From Chrysomallon squamiferum (lineage: Eukaryota; Animalia; Mollusca): a stretch of 64,000 nt of DNA. The position numbers were made by a program, and so were the translations under genes. Where the stretch lies: NCBI GenBank assembly GCA_012295275.1, contig CM022679.1, forward strand, positions 12,028,001 through 12,092,000, given 5' to 3'. Shown in pieces: positions 26,701-40,622 of this stretch (the stretch's first letter is position 1; each line of letters starts with the position of its first letter). The notes beneath the pieces were generated by a model. That model saw only the letters and a program-made list of their open reading frames with translations. It was not told where the DNA came from and did not search any database.

Positions 26701-29700
26701 GTCAAACATTTTAATTTAAAATTTTTAAATAATTTATCCACATGCATACACAAGTAGACATGTACACACGCATGCATACACGCAGTCAAGCATTTTTTGA
26801 ATACTAATTTGCTAATGCGACTGTACTAAAGAACAACACTATAACTTCATCTGCTACCTCTGCTACTACTGCTACTGCTACTACTATTACTATTACTACA
26901 GCTGCTGCTAGTACTACTAATAATACTACCTTCTATACCACCACTGTCACCGTTGCTACAATGGCAACAATAATATTGCTGTTATTACTGCTACTATTTC
27001 TGATGGGAAGAAAGAAGTTCATATATCGGCAATTGATTTAACATGGTATCATAATTCACAGGAATTTTAGATGAGAAATTTAGTTATTTCAAAACTGTTT
27101 CAAGTTACCACCCCAGTTAAAATAATTTTAAAAAATAGGCACTGACTATTATATTTGCAAAATTTCTTAGAAGGCAACAGATACTTAATTTAATTTAATT
27201 TAATTACATTTATTACAATTTCCCATAACTTTTTTTTTTTTTTTTTTACACTTCATTTGTTTGAGGTCCTTTTATGAGCAGACACCACTGAGTAATTTAG
27301 TGTACATTCTCGTTCACATGCAATATCATTTACATGTCTGACCTTCTGATTCAACAGCAGGTTATGTTTTATCTTAGCTTTTTGATGGAATATTATGAAA
27401 TGCAGATATCTTTTTCTGTAAATAGTCCACGGGCAGTCTCACGTCTTTTCAAAAGATCTAAATTGGACACTTCAGGCGGAGAAACCATGTTATCGTAATT
27501 GTCAAGGGGAGAAAAAAGGTTTAAAGAGAAGAAGAAAATATAACCTAACTTCCACGCTGGCGGTAAAGATCAAACGAAGGCTTGTGATGTCTGGTGACAG
27601 CCGTGACGGGTATGTTGTATCCTTCAAAAAGCTTTCACGACCCGAGGTCACGTTCGTCAAACACCGACACTTGCCAGCCGGAATCTCAGGTGAGCTGATG
27701 GCATACATATGGTTCACGACTGCCGGCGATACCCCGAGAAGACGCCCGGCTGCCAGTCAGTTCCATCGACTGGTTTCCATCGTCTACGTTTTCAAGAGCC
27801 AAAGGTGAAACATCTTTGCCAGGTTTCATTCGATGTATGGTTTTTGTACACAGATCGGTGGGAGATTCGGCAGTCGGAGAAGAGAAGCGAAACGGCTTTC
27901 AGTTGTAGACAAACGTCAGGCAGTTGGTACAGAGGTTGCAATACATGACATCTTGCTCTTTGACAACAATGCTCTGCGAGAACTTTGCTCTTTTGAAAAC
28001 ATTTCCAGAGTAATGTTTCTCAACCATACTTGATGTACGGCATACGTTTCTCCAGCTACCGTCAAAAATCAAAACATTTATGTGTATGTGTGTATGTGTG
28101 TGTGTTTATGTGTGAGCGCACGCCTGTGTGTGTAAAGCCACCATCTGTTTATTTTGTAAATATTTAAACATTTAGTCCGGAATTATGTGTGTATGTTCTT
28201 ATGTATGTATGTATGTATGTATGTATGTATGTATGTATGTATGTATGTATGTATGTATGTATGTATGTATGTATGTATGTATGTATGTATGTATGCATGC
28301 ATATATGAATTATGTACAGTTATTAACATTAATATTATTCTTATATACTGCTAGTAATAATATTTCTACTACTGCAACTGCTACTTCTATTACGACAGAC
28401 AAATGTTATATAATTATTCCCATACAGTTTTAATCTATCTCACATCGCAGGGAACAATTCCCTGAAATGACTTACAACAATGTTTCGTATTACCCTCAAG
28501 ATGAAATGTTATGTAATTTGCATAATAGAGTTTCGAAATGATACCACTCTAAAATGGAAACCGGCCAGACCTCCCACCGAGAAAATAAGTTAGGACCCAG
28601 TCAGCGAAAATTTCACCTAATTACGCTGTCAATCATGTACTTGTCAAATAAACTTTGACTGACGTATCCTTCTCTTTGATGTTTGCAAAGCAAGAAGTAT
28701 CGTATTAAAACGATTCCAAGTGAACCCAATCTGGGCGGATTCATAAACCGAAGGACATGTGTGTTTACATTTAGTAAGTAAAGTTGTTAAAGACAAAGAA
28801 TAAAGAGGGTTTCGTGGAAAAACGAGAGGTAAGCCAGTCACACGGCGATAATGCCAAAGTGACAAAGGTTACACGTCTATAAATCATTTTTCATTGCTGA
28901 CATAGTGTCAGTAAATAAAACATACAGCATTTAATAAAAAGAAGACTATCTTAAAGAATGGATTGTGCAGGTGGTCTATGCTTTTCTTTTTATGAATGAA
29001 TGTTTGTATGTATGTATGTATGTATGTATGTATGTATGTATGTATGTATGTATGTATGTATGTATGTGTGTGTGTATGTGTATGTATGTATGTATGCATG
29101 AATGCATGCGTGCGTGTATGTATGTATGTATGGATGGATGGACGGACGGACGGATGGATGTATATATGTATGTATGAATATATGTGTGCATTATGTGTAT
29201 ATAATTCCTGTCTGAATCAAGTACTTAGCTTCATCTGAAACAGGTTATACTAGTTGTGTGTGAATGAACATGTTGTCAGTCCTTTATTCATTTTCATGAA
29301 ATGCCTTATTTATAGCTGATGCTTTTCTTTTTCAGTTGTGATTTATCTATGTATTTAATTTCCCCTTCCAAGCTCTTTATTCTTGATAATGCACAAATGC
29401 TCTCTGATATTAGAAGCAGAGGTGCAATAATAAATTAAAACGTTTTATGATTCAGCAACGTTTTGGCATCAACGGACACCTCTTCGCCACAGTTAGTCTG
29501 TTAAACCGGGGGTTTACTGTATACACTGTATTAGGTTTATTTACTGTGCCGAAGTAGCTACGCACACCATTCATTATCTTGCAAAACATTTTACACCCAG
29601 AAACATCTGCAGACAGTAATTTTTGGGTGGCCCTTCGACAACCATCTGACGTGAATCAGCAGCATTTCACACGCACACAAGTAATACAGAGGCTAGCTAA

Positions 29701-30399
29701 CGGCCTGTAAAAGGAACAGTGTAACATGAACAGAATTCAACGTGCTGCTATCAGTCGCTTTTATCACATGTTAGTCAAAACGATGCAACAAATATCTATT
29801 TAACGTCAGCTAAGGTGAAGTCTTGTTTCTGAATGACAAGCAGACAGTTTCGTACCGCGGGGCAGGGATAGGATCTGCTGAAAGATTAGGTTACCGGACT
29901 TGTTTATGGGGACTGATAGGCATCGTGAAGGTTTGCTTTGATCTTAGTGCCCCATTGTCGTAGCTGTCAAGCGCAAGTCCTCCGCTCTTTCAACATGCCA
30001 ATCTCAATCAGTTTCCAAACACCCCTACTTGTGAGCGACAGACCTCTTGAAATTTTTCAAATGCGATGGAAAGCTTTGATAATGTTTGCTCGGCCCCAGC
30101 TAAGAGTTGTGTTTCTATGTGTACCAGAAAACAGCATTCCTAGCTCTCGGCTGTGAGCATTCCTACACGCTACATCATCGCAGAAGATCTCCATCAGCGA
30201 CAACTCGTTTCTGTCTCTCTACACACAACACGTTTCCATGTCTTAAACTGTGAAACAGAAATACAGTTCGCCCACACGACCTACATTTACTTTACATCAT
30301 AAATAATTAATACAACAAATTTATAAATATTTTTTTTAAAATGAATAAATGAAATAAATAATATGATTATGAATTTTATTAGAAGTTATTTTGACATTG

Positions 30400-30446
<47 letters not shown>

Positions 30447-32696
30447 ATAATAAAAACGTCAAAGAATTATTCAGATTAATTTTATATTACTGCTTTTTTT
30501 TTGTCATACTGAATGTATGTAAGTATGTATGTATGTACGTGTGTGTGCATATATATGTATATAGGAATCTACCTACATAGCTAAGACTCAGTATTTTAAA
30601 ATTATAATTAATATAGTTAAAAAGGATGTAATTTTCATGATATCCATACTAATTATTCTATTAAACAAAATCAAGCGGTAACAGTTATGTTTTGTGATGT
30701 ATTTAACGATGATGAAGGTCGACATTTAATTATTTAATTATTCTTTGTAGTCTTTTCTTTTTATTTAATCCTTTTAAGGTTTCTGCATGAACGGTTTACA
30801 GAGAGAAGTGGACTTATAATAAGTATTAAAAATAAGAACTCCGTTTATCTAAATCAAAGAATTCTTTCCTGCAATATGACATGTTTTATTTGTGTTTATG
30901 AAAGCACTGACCGTGTATTTTGTTGAAATGCACTTTAAATATCTTGATGTATTTTATTTTATTTATTTTTTATCTAATTAATTCGTCCGAGCTATCTTTC
31001 CTGAAGTAAAGCCTCAGACTACCTTTTAGAAAAAAAAAAAAAAAAAAAAAAAAGAATATTATAACCCTTTAAAAATAAATAGATAAACCTAAATAAAAAA
31101 TAAATAATAATATGCAATAGTAACAACAAAATTATACCTCAAGAATTCCTATTAACTGCATATACATGCATTTCAAATGACGTGTGGACTATTTAGTTTT
31201 GTAATACCCTGTTAAAAACTAAAGCAACAGTTTTTTTCCTGGTTTATTTGTGAGTGTATAATTGTTTAGGAATTAGTACTATTTTAATTATATATATATA
31301 TATTAATTATCTTTGAAGCATTTGGAATACATCTTATTTACTAAGTTAAAATATATATTGTAGTAATGATCATGCACCTGTCAACGCTATACTTTGCGGT
31401 GTTGATTTAGCAGAATAATTATATCCTTTTTATCTACTGCTCTCTTCCGTACTGCAGTCTCGTTTCCTAGCAACCACTTATGTCTACACTGAACCCGGAC
31501 AAGCCAAGAACCTGTAACCTGAGACATTTTCGTGTTTACTGCGAGAGGTTATTATTTGGAGGGGTTTTCTTGTTGTTGACGATGTTGGGGTTCTTCTCCG
31601 AGCCTGTTAACAACAACAACAACTACTACTACAGACTATTGAAAACAAAAGATGAAATAAATAAAAATATAATAACATTAAGATAAAGAAAAATATTCAA
31701 GAATTAAGATGCAGACACAGAAATGAGAAAGAATCTAAATTATTACTGACCATATCCAAACAAATTCACACGAATGAATATTTTTTATATATATAAATTT
31801 CAACACAGATGTTCAGGATTTACTTTATTAATTTAGAAAAGATAATTCTACTCAAAAACAGTATAAAAAGACAAATTTTAAGTGAAACGTTAACTTAATT
31901 AAATACATGTAATAATAATAAAAATAGAGAAATAGAGGGGGAAAATAAATAGTAGTAATAATATAAAATAGATAATAAAAATACAAATTAATATATATAT
32001 ATGGGTTGGTTTTTTTTTTTTTTTTGCCTGTGAAATTTATATAATAAATAAATAAATTCTATCACCTACTTGGTATTCTAATTTTGTTTGGATTTGACAG
32101 AAATGAAAATCTTGTAAACAGTTATAAAAGTGATGTCAATAAATTCTGATATATTAATTACATTGTCTAGACAATTTTACACCGTTAACACATTAACAAA
32201 ATTTTGTAACTTATCTCATCACATTATGACTTTGGTCATCTTAAATGCTATACGATTTAGTATTATTAAGGGCGTAAGGTATTGTCGTAACTTACACCTA
32301 TTACTATAATCATTTCTGAGATTTGAGTGCTGTCTGTTTTATGAAACTTAGGATAAAACAAACCACAATATCATCCTCTGGTGAGATTACTCCCATAATC
32401 ACCTTTTATTATATCTTTTACAGTAAACCCTGAATTTTACTGACCCCGAGTCATAGGAGCTTCTGGAAGTGTACACTAATTATAATGTAAAAATGTTGTT
32501 TGTTTGTTTTTAATTTATATTATTAGTATTATATATAAATATATATATATTATTTTTTTTGCATTACTTCTTACCATGATCAGTTACAAAATCACTTTCT
32601 TTCTAGAACTAAACTGATGAACACAAACATACTAACAGCAACAACACCACCAATAATAGTAGTAGTAGTAGTTGTAGTAGCAGTAGTAGTAGCAGC

Positions 32697-32730
<34 letters not shown>

Positions 32731-33479
32731 CTAATAATTCTAATTAAATATGATGTTGTTATTTATGTAACAATAATACACATGTAATATATACATATAT
32801 TACACACACACAAACGTCTACGCAAACATATACATACACATACACTCATACAAATTAATTAATTTATTTATCATTTTATTGATAGTTTTATCATGAATCA
32901 ACCAGTACGTAATTGTTGAACTGAATCTTAATGTATACAGACTAACCAGTCAGACTGTTTGGAAAGATATATGTGTGTATGTAATTAAATGTGAAATAAC
33001 ACTAACGTTTGCAGATTATAAGTCTAATAATGAATAATAAACCTTGGTAAGTAATTGTTTTTCATATTGTAATAATTAAACTGCGCAGATCACATTATTT
33101 ATTTTGGTTTTACAAACAACAAATGTCGATGTTAAATTGTTATATTTAAAAAATAATAATATAAAAATAATAACATCAATAAAATTAAAAAGGAGAAGAA
33201 GACAGAAGAGAACAAAAATGTTCTGGAAATTTGATTAAATCTCCCTATTTTTATATACACAGAAAAGTCAATATAATATTTTTAAAAAATTTAAAAATTT
33301 AAAAAAAAAAAAGAAAAATGAACATAGATTATAATTTTATTATGGAAGGAAAATAATTCATTTTTGCTGTCAATTAAAGTGCGCTGATTTTTAATAATCT
33401 GTATCTCATCCGTCACTGTCTAGAACGCAAAATTTGCCATGTATATATATTACATGCCATTACTCAGGAGATATAAATA

Positions 33480-34245
33480 AATAAATAAGCATTTGCAATT
33501 GCCGTATCACACCCACTTTTGAGTCACGACAAAGTTTGTTTCATGTTCGTAAAAGCGAAGCCACAACAAATCATCCCAAATGGGTGGGAAGCCCCGAGGC
33601 GCATGATAAACATGGTGGGTTTGTGCATTTACCATGCTCTCTTCAGCAAGCCTTTCATCTTTTATTGCCTTTTTACAATGTATACATTAACAGCACGAGG
33701 CGACACATATCATTTTGAGTGACAGGCAGCCCATCAAGTTGATTGATGACTGTGCCCGGTGGGCAATGCCTGCTTGTATCTAAGTAATTATAAATGCGTG
33801 CCGTGGTTGGCTGATTTCCTCGGGAGCTATTCATCAGCGAAAAACATTCATCAAACTTGACGTCACGCCGCACATTTCCTCCAATCACAGCGTGAGATCA
33901 GCTTTTATTTATGATTCCGCTAGCAGACGACAAAGCTACCGGATCGCGAAGTAATTCACAAGTGCTGTAGTTTGGTGTTGAACGCTTGTTGGACGGCGTG
34001 CTCTGACAAAATGTGTGCTGTTTTCCTTATGGCGGTTTAGTCATTGATTGACGTTGCGAAAGTGCGCTGGTTTAACGGAGTCTCAGCAACGAACGAAAAC
34101 GACTTAGTTGATACATCACTCTTCTTTTACAAACAACTGGATACTAACATAAACTAGTGTCATGGATACTACTTTTTAAAGCTATCGAACATTTAAATTT
34201 AGTGTTTTGGTGTTTGTAATACTTGGAATTTCTGTACCATCAAAC
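33480..34245 (+). promoter_or_regulatory. Putative promoter and 5' UTR of the NET gene
   Basis: GC/CpG-richer island directly upstream of the ATG. It contains GTGGGAA (Su(H)-type, 33584-33590), TGAGTGACAG (Pbx-Prep/Meis decamer, 33716-33725), TGATTGAT (33740), CRE TGACGTCA (33858-33865) and CCAATCAC (33881). The TSS cannot be determined. Confidence 0.7.
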
Positions 34246-34308
34246 ATGTTGACCTCGAGTGTGTCTCAGTATTTGCACCCGGACTATTTTGAACCATTGC
34301 CAACTACG
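34246..34308 (+). CDS. noc: NET-family (NocA/Elbow/ZNF503/ZNF703-like) zinc-finger gene, coding exon 1 (MLTSSVSQYLHPDYFEPLPTT)
   Basis: ATG at 34246 in CAAACATG context. The 21 codons give the NET N-terminal 'YLHPDY.PLPTT' motif. A canonical donor GTGAGT at 34309 (phase 0) joins in frame to 'LDAKKSPLALLAQTCS' of exon 2. Too short for the ORF track. Confidence 0.93.
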
Positions 34309-34589
34309 GTGAGTGTTTTAAATTTTGAGACTCTTTCTTTCTCTGTCTATGTCTGTCTGTTTGCCTGTCAGTAGCTGTGTATATCTAAGCGTTCGACACA
34401 GAAAGAGTTATTGCAGTACTTTAGATTCATTGGTTTTACTGTCAAAGTATTAAGTTATTTTCTGTAATCCGTATAGCTTTTATATTTATATAACTGTGAT
34501 AAATCTACCACCTGGTTTTTCGTTATTAAAATGTTCGATTAGTTTATTTAAATTCCTTTGTCTTTTGTTATGCTTTATTGCCTTCTGTA

Positions 34590-34652
<63 letters not shown>

Positions 34653-35816
34653 AGCTCTATCTCGGCTAAACCAACAGCATAATATTACAACAAACGGACT
34701 GCTTGTCTTGGTTCTAAAAATATCTAACGAGGTCGGTTATATATAACCGCGCTCTGTTATAGTTAAGTCCCTTTAAGAACTCTAGTTTACGTTCGTTGAG
34801 GATCGATGCGGCAAGTTCTTGTTCTTTTTAGAGAGCCTACGCCCATTCATTTTCTCGATGAACAGTTACTACTCGGCAAACTAAATCCTATTCAGTTCAC
34901 ACAATACGCCCTGAGCGGTTTTGGTCGAAGGAATTTAATTAGAAAACAGTTTCTCTGATTCATGATAACTGTTAATAATGAAAGCATATTTTTGGAAGTG
35001 TTGCTACCCCGAGGACATAAATGTTACATTGACCATACACAGTTTATAACTATGGCTACAAGCAGTTATACCAAACCTTCAAATATCCATTTGAAGCCAG
35101 AACACTAATTTTTGCTAAAGGCTGTTCTAAAACAAAACAAAAAACAAACAAAAAAAAAAATCCCCTTCTGCCCCGTTAGGCTGTGCCTAAACCTGTTTAT
35201 TCGATGTGCTGCATCTTGTGTGTCGCACTGCGTTCATCGACAACTTCCAATTAATGTTATGTAGCAATTTGGTCAACTCTTTTAGTAATGGAAAATCAAT
35301 CCGCCTGGCGCCGTATTGATTTCTGAGATCACACGCGACTGCTTCTTCAACGTCTGCCTCTCATGCCCTTTAACATACTGCGTTGTTCCGTTTTGTTCAA
35401 GCATTCCAGTCACTCACTCGAATGTGAGAATAAACCGTTAATTAGAGAACAGAATGTTTCTGTTATATATCCACCTAAAAGTTTAATATTTTAATTCCAT
35501 TCCCATCAGAATGTTTACAACTGAAGAAAAGGAAACTTATTTTTATTTAGTTAGAATTCTTTATTGCTTTTCGAAAATTAAAGTCTGCGAAAAAACCTTT
35601 TATGTTATTTTGACGTAATTAACATAGATTCCTAATAAATCGACCGAAAGAAAAATAAATCCGTCAATACATAATAAATAAAAGATTAAAATAAAATAAA
35701 ACGTAATAAAATAAAATAAGTTTCTGACAACGATGAGTAATTTATTGTGTACTAATGACATTTAAATCATTAACAATTCTATCTTGGTATTTAACTCGCT
35801 ATATCTGTTAACATTT

Positions 35817-35867
<51 letters not shown>

Positions 35868-36613
35868 CCGTTATAAATTCACTAATACAGTTTAAAATTA
35901 CAAATTACAAAACCAAAGACTTGTCTCTTTTTTTTATTTTTGTTAAACAACCCCCAACATTGTCATTTCTTACAACTTTCACTTTATAATTTTACATAAT
36001 CTAACTTCTTTCTCTTGTTGGACAAATCCTGCACATTTTCCCACTTGTTTCAGAATTAATATTTATTGTCATAAATTACCAATCTGCCATGCCATTTGTT
36101 TTTTCTTGTTGTTTTTTTTTTTGCTGAAAATATTATTTTAAAATGGATAGCGTGAAGAAATAATACTGGTTTTATTTATCACCAAATTTTTTCCTTTTAT
36201 TTATTATTTATTTATTTATTATTATTATTTTTTTATTGTTTCATTTTTTTTGCAAAATATGTTCACTAGAAATATTTTTATCCTTTTTAGTTCAATAAAA
36301 CAGAAATCAACAAATTTAATCATTCATTTGGAAACAAACAAAAAAAAAATGAATCTTTTTTTTTAGTGACCTTTGTGTAAAAAATATTTTCCTAAACTGA
36401 AAGCCATATAATGTATTTGTACATTCAGACAGGGATGTTTTGAAACAAACTGTATAGAAGTTATTGTCCATATGAGATAATAATTCCTAACAAAAAAACT
36501 TATTTATTTCTTATTTAATTTTCTTATATAAATAGAATAAATAAAATAATTTTCTAAGAATTTATTGAAATTGACAATTTATATAATATTTTCTTTTATA
36601 TTTCTTATTTCAG
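34309..36613 (+). other. Phase-0 intron of the NET gene (2305 bp, GT-AG)
   Basis: GTGAGT donor; pyrimidine tract plus TTTCAG acceptor ending at 36613. The junction splits PTT/LDAKK just before the Sp motif. Confidence 0.92.
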
Positions 36614-38071
36614 CTGGATGCCAAGAAAAGCCCATTAGCGTTGTTAGCTCAGACGTGTAGCAGCATTGGTAAAGATACTTCACCTTCTAAACCAATTATC
36701 CCTCCTTTGGAGAAGAAGGAAAGTACCAAATCACCAGACAAGTTTAATATCAATGAACCTTCTAACAAACGACCGAGTTCTGGAGAGGGGAAAGAATCCG
36801 GAAGAGATTCGAAACCAGGATTCAGAACCATACCATCCAAAGTGATCCCATCGTCTGTTAGTTCTTCAGAACACGACAGCACCAGTATAAAGATTTCTAA
36901 CGGTGATATTTCACATGGAAGCAAACTTAGTTTGGATTTATCACCGTCATCAAAGACTACAAGTTCTACGAACTATGTGCCAAAATCTTCCTCAGAGTCG
37001 CACGAATCCAGTGCTTCTAAATCTTCAAGGGAGAGAGAACACCAGGATTCGTACCATTCAAGATCTCATTCTCTCTCTCCTCACCATCCACACAAATCGA
37101 ACACTGTACCAACGACAGTCATCCAGTCCCCTGTCACTTCAGTCGACACAAAGTTGCCTGTCAACCATGGTTCACTTCTTTGTAGTATTCCTGGCGCCGG
37201 AGCTTACGGATACCCGCCTTTTGTTAGCCCATATGACATTCCATCTTCTATGCACGGATACCCGGCTTATTTGGCAGCCCATGCCAGCCTGTCGGCAGCA
37301 ACAGCAGCCGCTGCAGCAGCTCAGTCTACAGCGCTGAAGGCCAACGCAGCAGCAGCTTCTGCTGCTGCATTGTCTCCATATGTTGCTTACACACGTGTGA
37401 GAACTCCTTCCGGAGCGACAACTCTTGTACCTGTTTGCAGAGATCCTTATTGTTCAAACTGTCAGCTGACACTGCAAAGCGCTCACATATCTTCGACGTG
37501 CACGATCCCTGGATGTGCACAGTGTGCTCACGAGAAATCCTTACTCAGTTTAACAAATGGACTAGGATTACCCAGCTCATCTTACTTATCCTCGCTGTCT
37601 GCAGCAGGATCACTCCCCAATTCTTTGAATACGCTGTATCCAGGAAGCGCCCTAGCAGCCCACCAAGGGCTTCCATATATATGCAATTGGGTTGCTGGAA
37701 GTGACTATTGTGGAAAACGGTTTTCTTCATCAGAAGAACTTCTCCAGCACCTTAGGACACACACATCTGGTTCTGAAGCGACCGGATTTCCATCGTCATA
37801 TGGTTTGGGCATACCTTCTGCTTTGTCCTCTGCCTGCCACGGACATTTGTCTGGTGCTGCTCCTCCAAGTCCAACCTCCTTAAGACGAGCAGGTTATCCA
37901 ACCAGCTTGAGTCCCGTCAGCAGTCTGTTGGCGTCGAGCAGATTCCACCCGTATAAGACGCCCCTGCCCACTCTTCCACCAACTCCGGGGCAGCCATATG
38001 CAGGATTATCGCCATATTATTCTCCTTACACGTTATACGGACAAAGATTAGGAGCCGCAGCTGTTCCGTAA
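36614..38071 (+). CDS. noc: NET-family zinc-finger repressor, coding exon 2 (485 aa; full protein 506 aa)
   Basis: Sp motif SPLALLAQTCSSIG (36629-36670), Ser-rich and poly-Ala tracts, Buttonhead box CRDPYCSNC (37436-37462), second Cys cluster CTIPGCAQC, single C2H2 finger CNWVAGSDYCGKRFSSSEELLQHLRTH (37682-37762), SRFHPYK and C-terminal YYSPY.LYGQRL. These are diagnostic of NocA/Elbow/Nlz proteins. Stop TAA at 38069-38071. Confidence 0.96.
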   Translation: MDAKKSPLALLAQTCSSIGKDTSPSKPIIPPLEKKESTKSPDKFNINEPSNKRPSSGEGKESGRDSKPGFRTIPSKVIPSSVSSSEHDSTSIKISNGDISHGSKLSLDLSPSSKTTSSTNYVPKSSSESHESSASKSSREREHQDSYHSRSHSLSPHHPHKSNTVPTTVIQSPVTSVDTKLPVNHGSLLCSIPGAGAYGYPPFVSPYDIPSSMHGYPAYLAAHASLSAATAAAAAAQSTALKANAAAASAAALSPYVAYTRVRTPSGATTLVPVCRDPYCSNCQLTLQSAHISSTCTIPGCAQCAHEKSLLSLTNGLGLPSSSYLSSLSAAGSLPNSLNTLYPGSALAAHQGLPYICNWVAGSDYCGKRFSSSEELLQHLRTHTSGSEATGFPSSYGLGIPSALSSACHGHLSGAAPPSPTSLRRAGYPTSLSPVSSLLASSRFHPYKTPLPTLPPTPGQPYAGLSPYYSPYTLYGQRLGAAAVP

Positions 38072-39102
38072 ATTATATGTGAACGTTAAAGGGACACGAT
38101 CGACTCGTCAAGCAGAACCACAATAATATTATGAACTTTGATGGGAACATATTGTTGGATGGTTATTATAAAATTAAATGTCAGAAATAGAGATTTTATA
38201 AAATTTTTTATCATTATGGATAAAAATGCTTTCAGTTGTAATAGTTATATATTTTGTAGAAATGTTTATTAAATTATAAAATAATTTTTTATTTTAGTAT
38301 AATTATATATAGAGAAAAAAATATGTAATTAATCTGCAATTTAAATAAAATAACTTAAGTATATGTTGTTATATCAAAAGTAATTTATCTGAACATTATC
38401 CTGAAAAGACATTTAATATATTTTTGACTAATTTTAATCAGTTACTTTTTGATAATAAAAACCATGGACACACACACACACACACCTTGCACACACAAAC
38501 ATATGCACACACAAGAGCACACAAAATTTAAATTAGACAATACAAAATTTATCCCCATAATTATCATCATTTATTTAATATTTATTTTAAACTAAATTAA
38601 TTTAGAGATATTCGATTGTTAACGGTAAAACACATTAGAGAAAATAAATAACGAACACGCTTCCTTTGTTCTTGTAATTGTGTGAACCTTTCACTTTGTG
38701 ATGATAAATGTTTTTAGTAATTTGGAATCCTAATTGTAATGAAAGTCGTACATTCACAGTCGATAGTGCTCCTTTAACGACAATCTTCCACCTTCTTCTT
38801 TTCAAGTTTTGTGAACCTTGTGCTGTGGTAACTTGATACGAATTGTTTATCCCAGACTGACAGTTTTATATTTGTTGCTGGATACAAACAATGATTTGTT
38901 GCAGTGTAAGATTAATCGAAAGTCGAGGATTTTGAAATATCCTGTTTCCACTATTAATTACAGAAACATTATTAATACGAACAACTCGGAAACATGATGA
39001 ATGCTTTTGAAATGACTTGTACTTTTTATTAACGAAATGAGTGAAATATATTAACTGTGAGACAGTCTTGCTGTAAGTAAGTACTGAGTGTATTTGCACA
39101 TG

Positions 39103-39108
39103 AATAAA
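39103..39108 (+). terminator. Candidate polyadenylation signal of the NET gene (~1 kb 3' UTR)
   Basis: AATAAA at the end of a non-repetitive 3' block, followed ~35 nt later by a T/GT-rich tract (TCTATTTGTTTTTTTGTT). Other AATAAA hexamers exist upstream. Confidence 0.45.
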
Positions 39109-40579
39109 TGCATTATTTATGTATTGGAAAGTACACCAACGTCTATTTGTTTTTTGTTAGTGAAATTTATATACATCATGTAAATGTGATGGTTGTAAGT
39201 TTCTGACGTTAACGATGTTTATTACATACAAATTAAAGCCTGTGACATTATCAGAACATATCAGGTAATACCATACTTGAAGGCTCGTCAGGCGGAACAT
39301 AAATTAATTTTTATGTCTTTTATTATTATTATTTGTTTTAATGATATAATTATTAAGTATGCAGATATAGATAATAATATATCTGTGTGTATATGTGTGT
39401 ATGTGTGTGTGTATGTGTGTGTGTATGCGTATGTGTGTAATCAAATAATCGACAACGGATCATCTCGTTGAGTCAACATTAATACTCAGACATAAATTTG
39501 TCAAAGTTAAAAAAAAAAATAAAGACATTAATAAATAAGTAAATGATAAAATCCATAAAATTCTCTGACAAACTAATACATTTCAGTATTTATTTTTCGC
39601 TTTTTTCAGTAACATAAACAAATATTCTAAGAGTATTATATTTTTATACCGTTTTCGTTCAAAAATACATATAAACAAAAGTAACACACAAACATTACTC
39701 ACAAGTATACAAGTTGATAAACTTTTTTATTATTAATAAATGTTTGATATACATTGATATTTTTTATTTCAAAATTCAACCATTGTGCTTACAAAAAACA
39801 AAAACAAATAATACACATCCGATATACAGTAAAAACATAATAATCTATATATTATACTACATTTAAGAAACATATCCCACTTTACATTTGCATGTGCCAA
39901 AAAGATGTATAAAGAAAATGATAAAATAAGATAATATGAATAGAACAGAAAAAAGGAACTGATGTGCCAGAAAAAAAAAAATAAAAAATAAAAAAATAAA
40001 AAAAAAAAAAAATAAAATAAAAAAAAAAAAAAGAAAATGGAAAAAAACAGAATTTTTAAAAAAGGTATTAACACCAACAAAACAGGTATTTGACATGCGC
40101 ATTTGACAGTGTTGACAACATGGTAAATTTCCGAGTTCTTAGAAACTATATAATATTACCAGCCGCATGGCAGGAAATAAATTTTATGTCAAATTGTAAG
40201 CATATATATTTTTTAATTTATGAGAAGTAGACACCAGTGCGTCGTAAAATACTGGTTTAGCAGGTGTTCAGAGCTTCAGGTGTTAGGCGGAGGTTACATT
40301 AAACTCTAGGTGTGAATGCTGTTTTGTGCTGCGGATTTTTTTTGTTTTCTGCACACAGCATAAAGCGGTTTTCTGCGTAACGTTGGTTATTATAGAAATG
40401 CTTGTACATAATATTTAACTGTACATAATTACTGCTCACAGAGACTGGTCCAGAATCTATTTTTATAATATAACACATATTTTTAAAATAATTATATTGA
40501 TGTTTAATTTTTAGAAAAGAAAGAACGATTATTTATTTATTTTATTTTATTTATTTATTTATTTATTTTTTTGTTTTTT

Positions 40580-40622
<43 letters not shown>

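Noticed and set aside
33810-33840. Minus-strand CTGATGA...GAAA in the promoter (hammerhead-like)
   Set aside because: No stem II closing pair; better explained as a short GCTGAT/ATCAGC inverted repeat.
36641-36643. ORF-track start of the 476-aa protein
   Set aside because: It is a TTG Leu codon inside the Sp motif; the true start is the spliced ATG at 34246.
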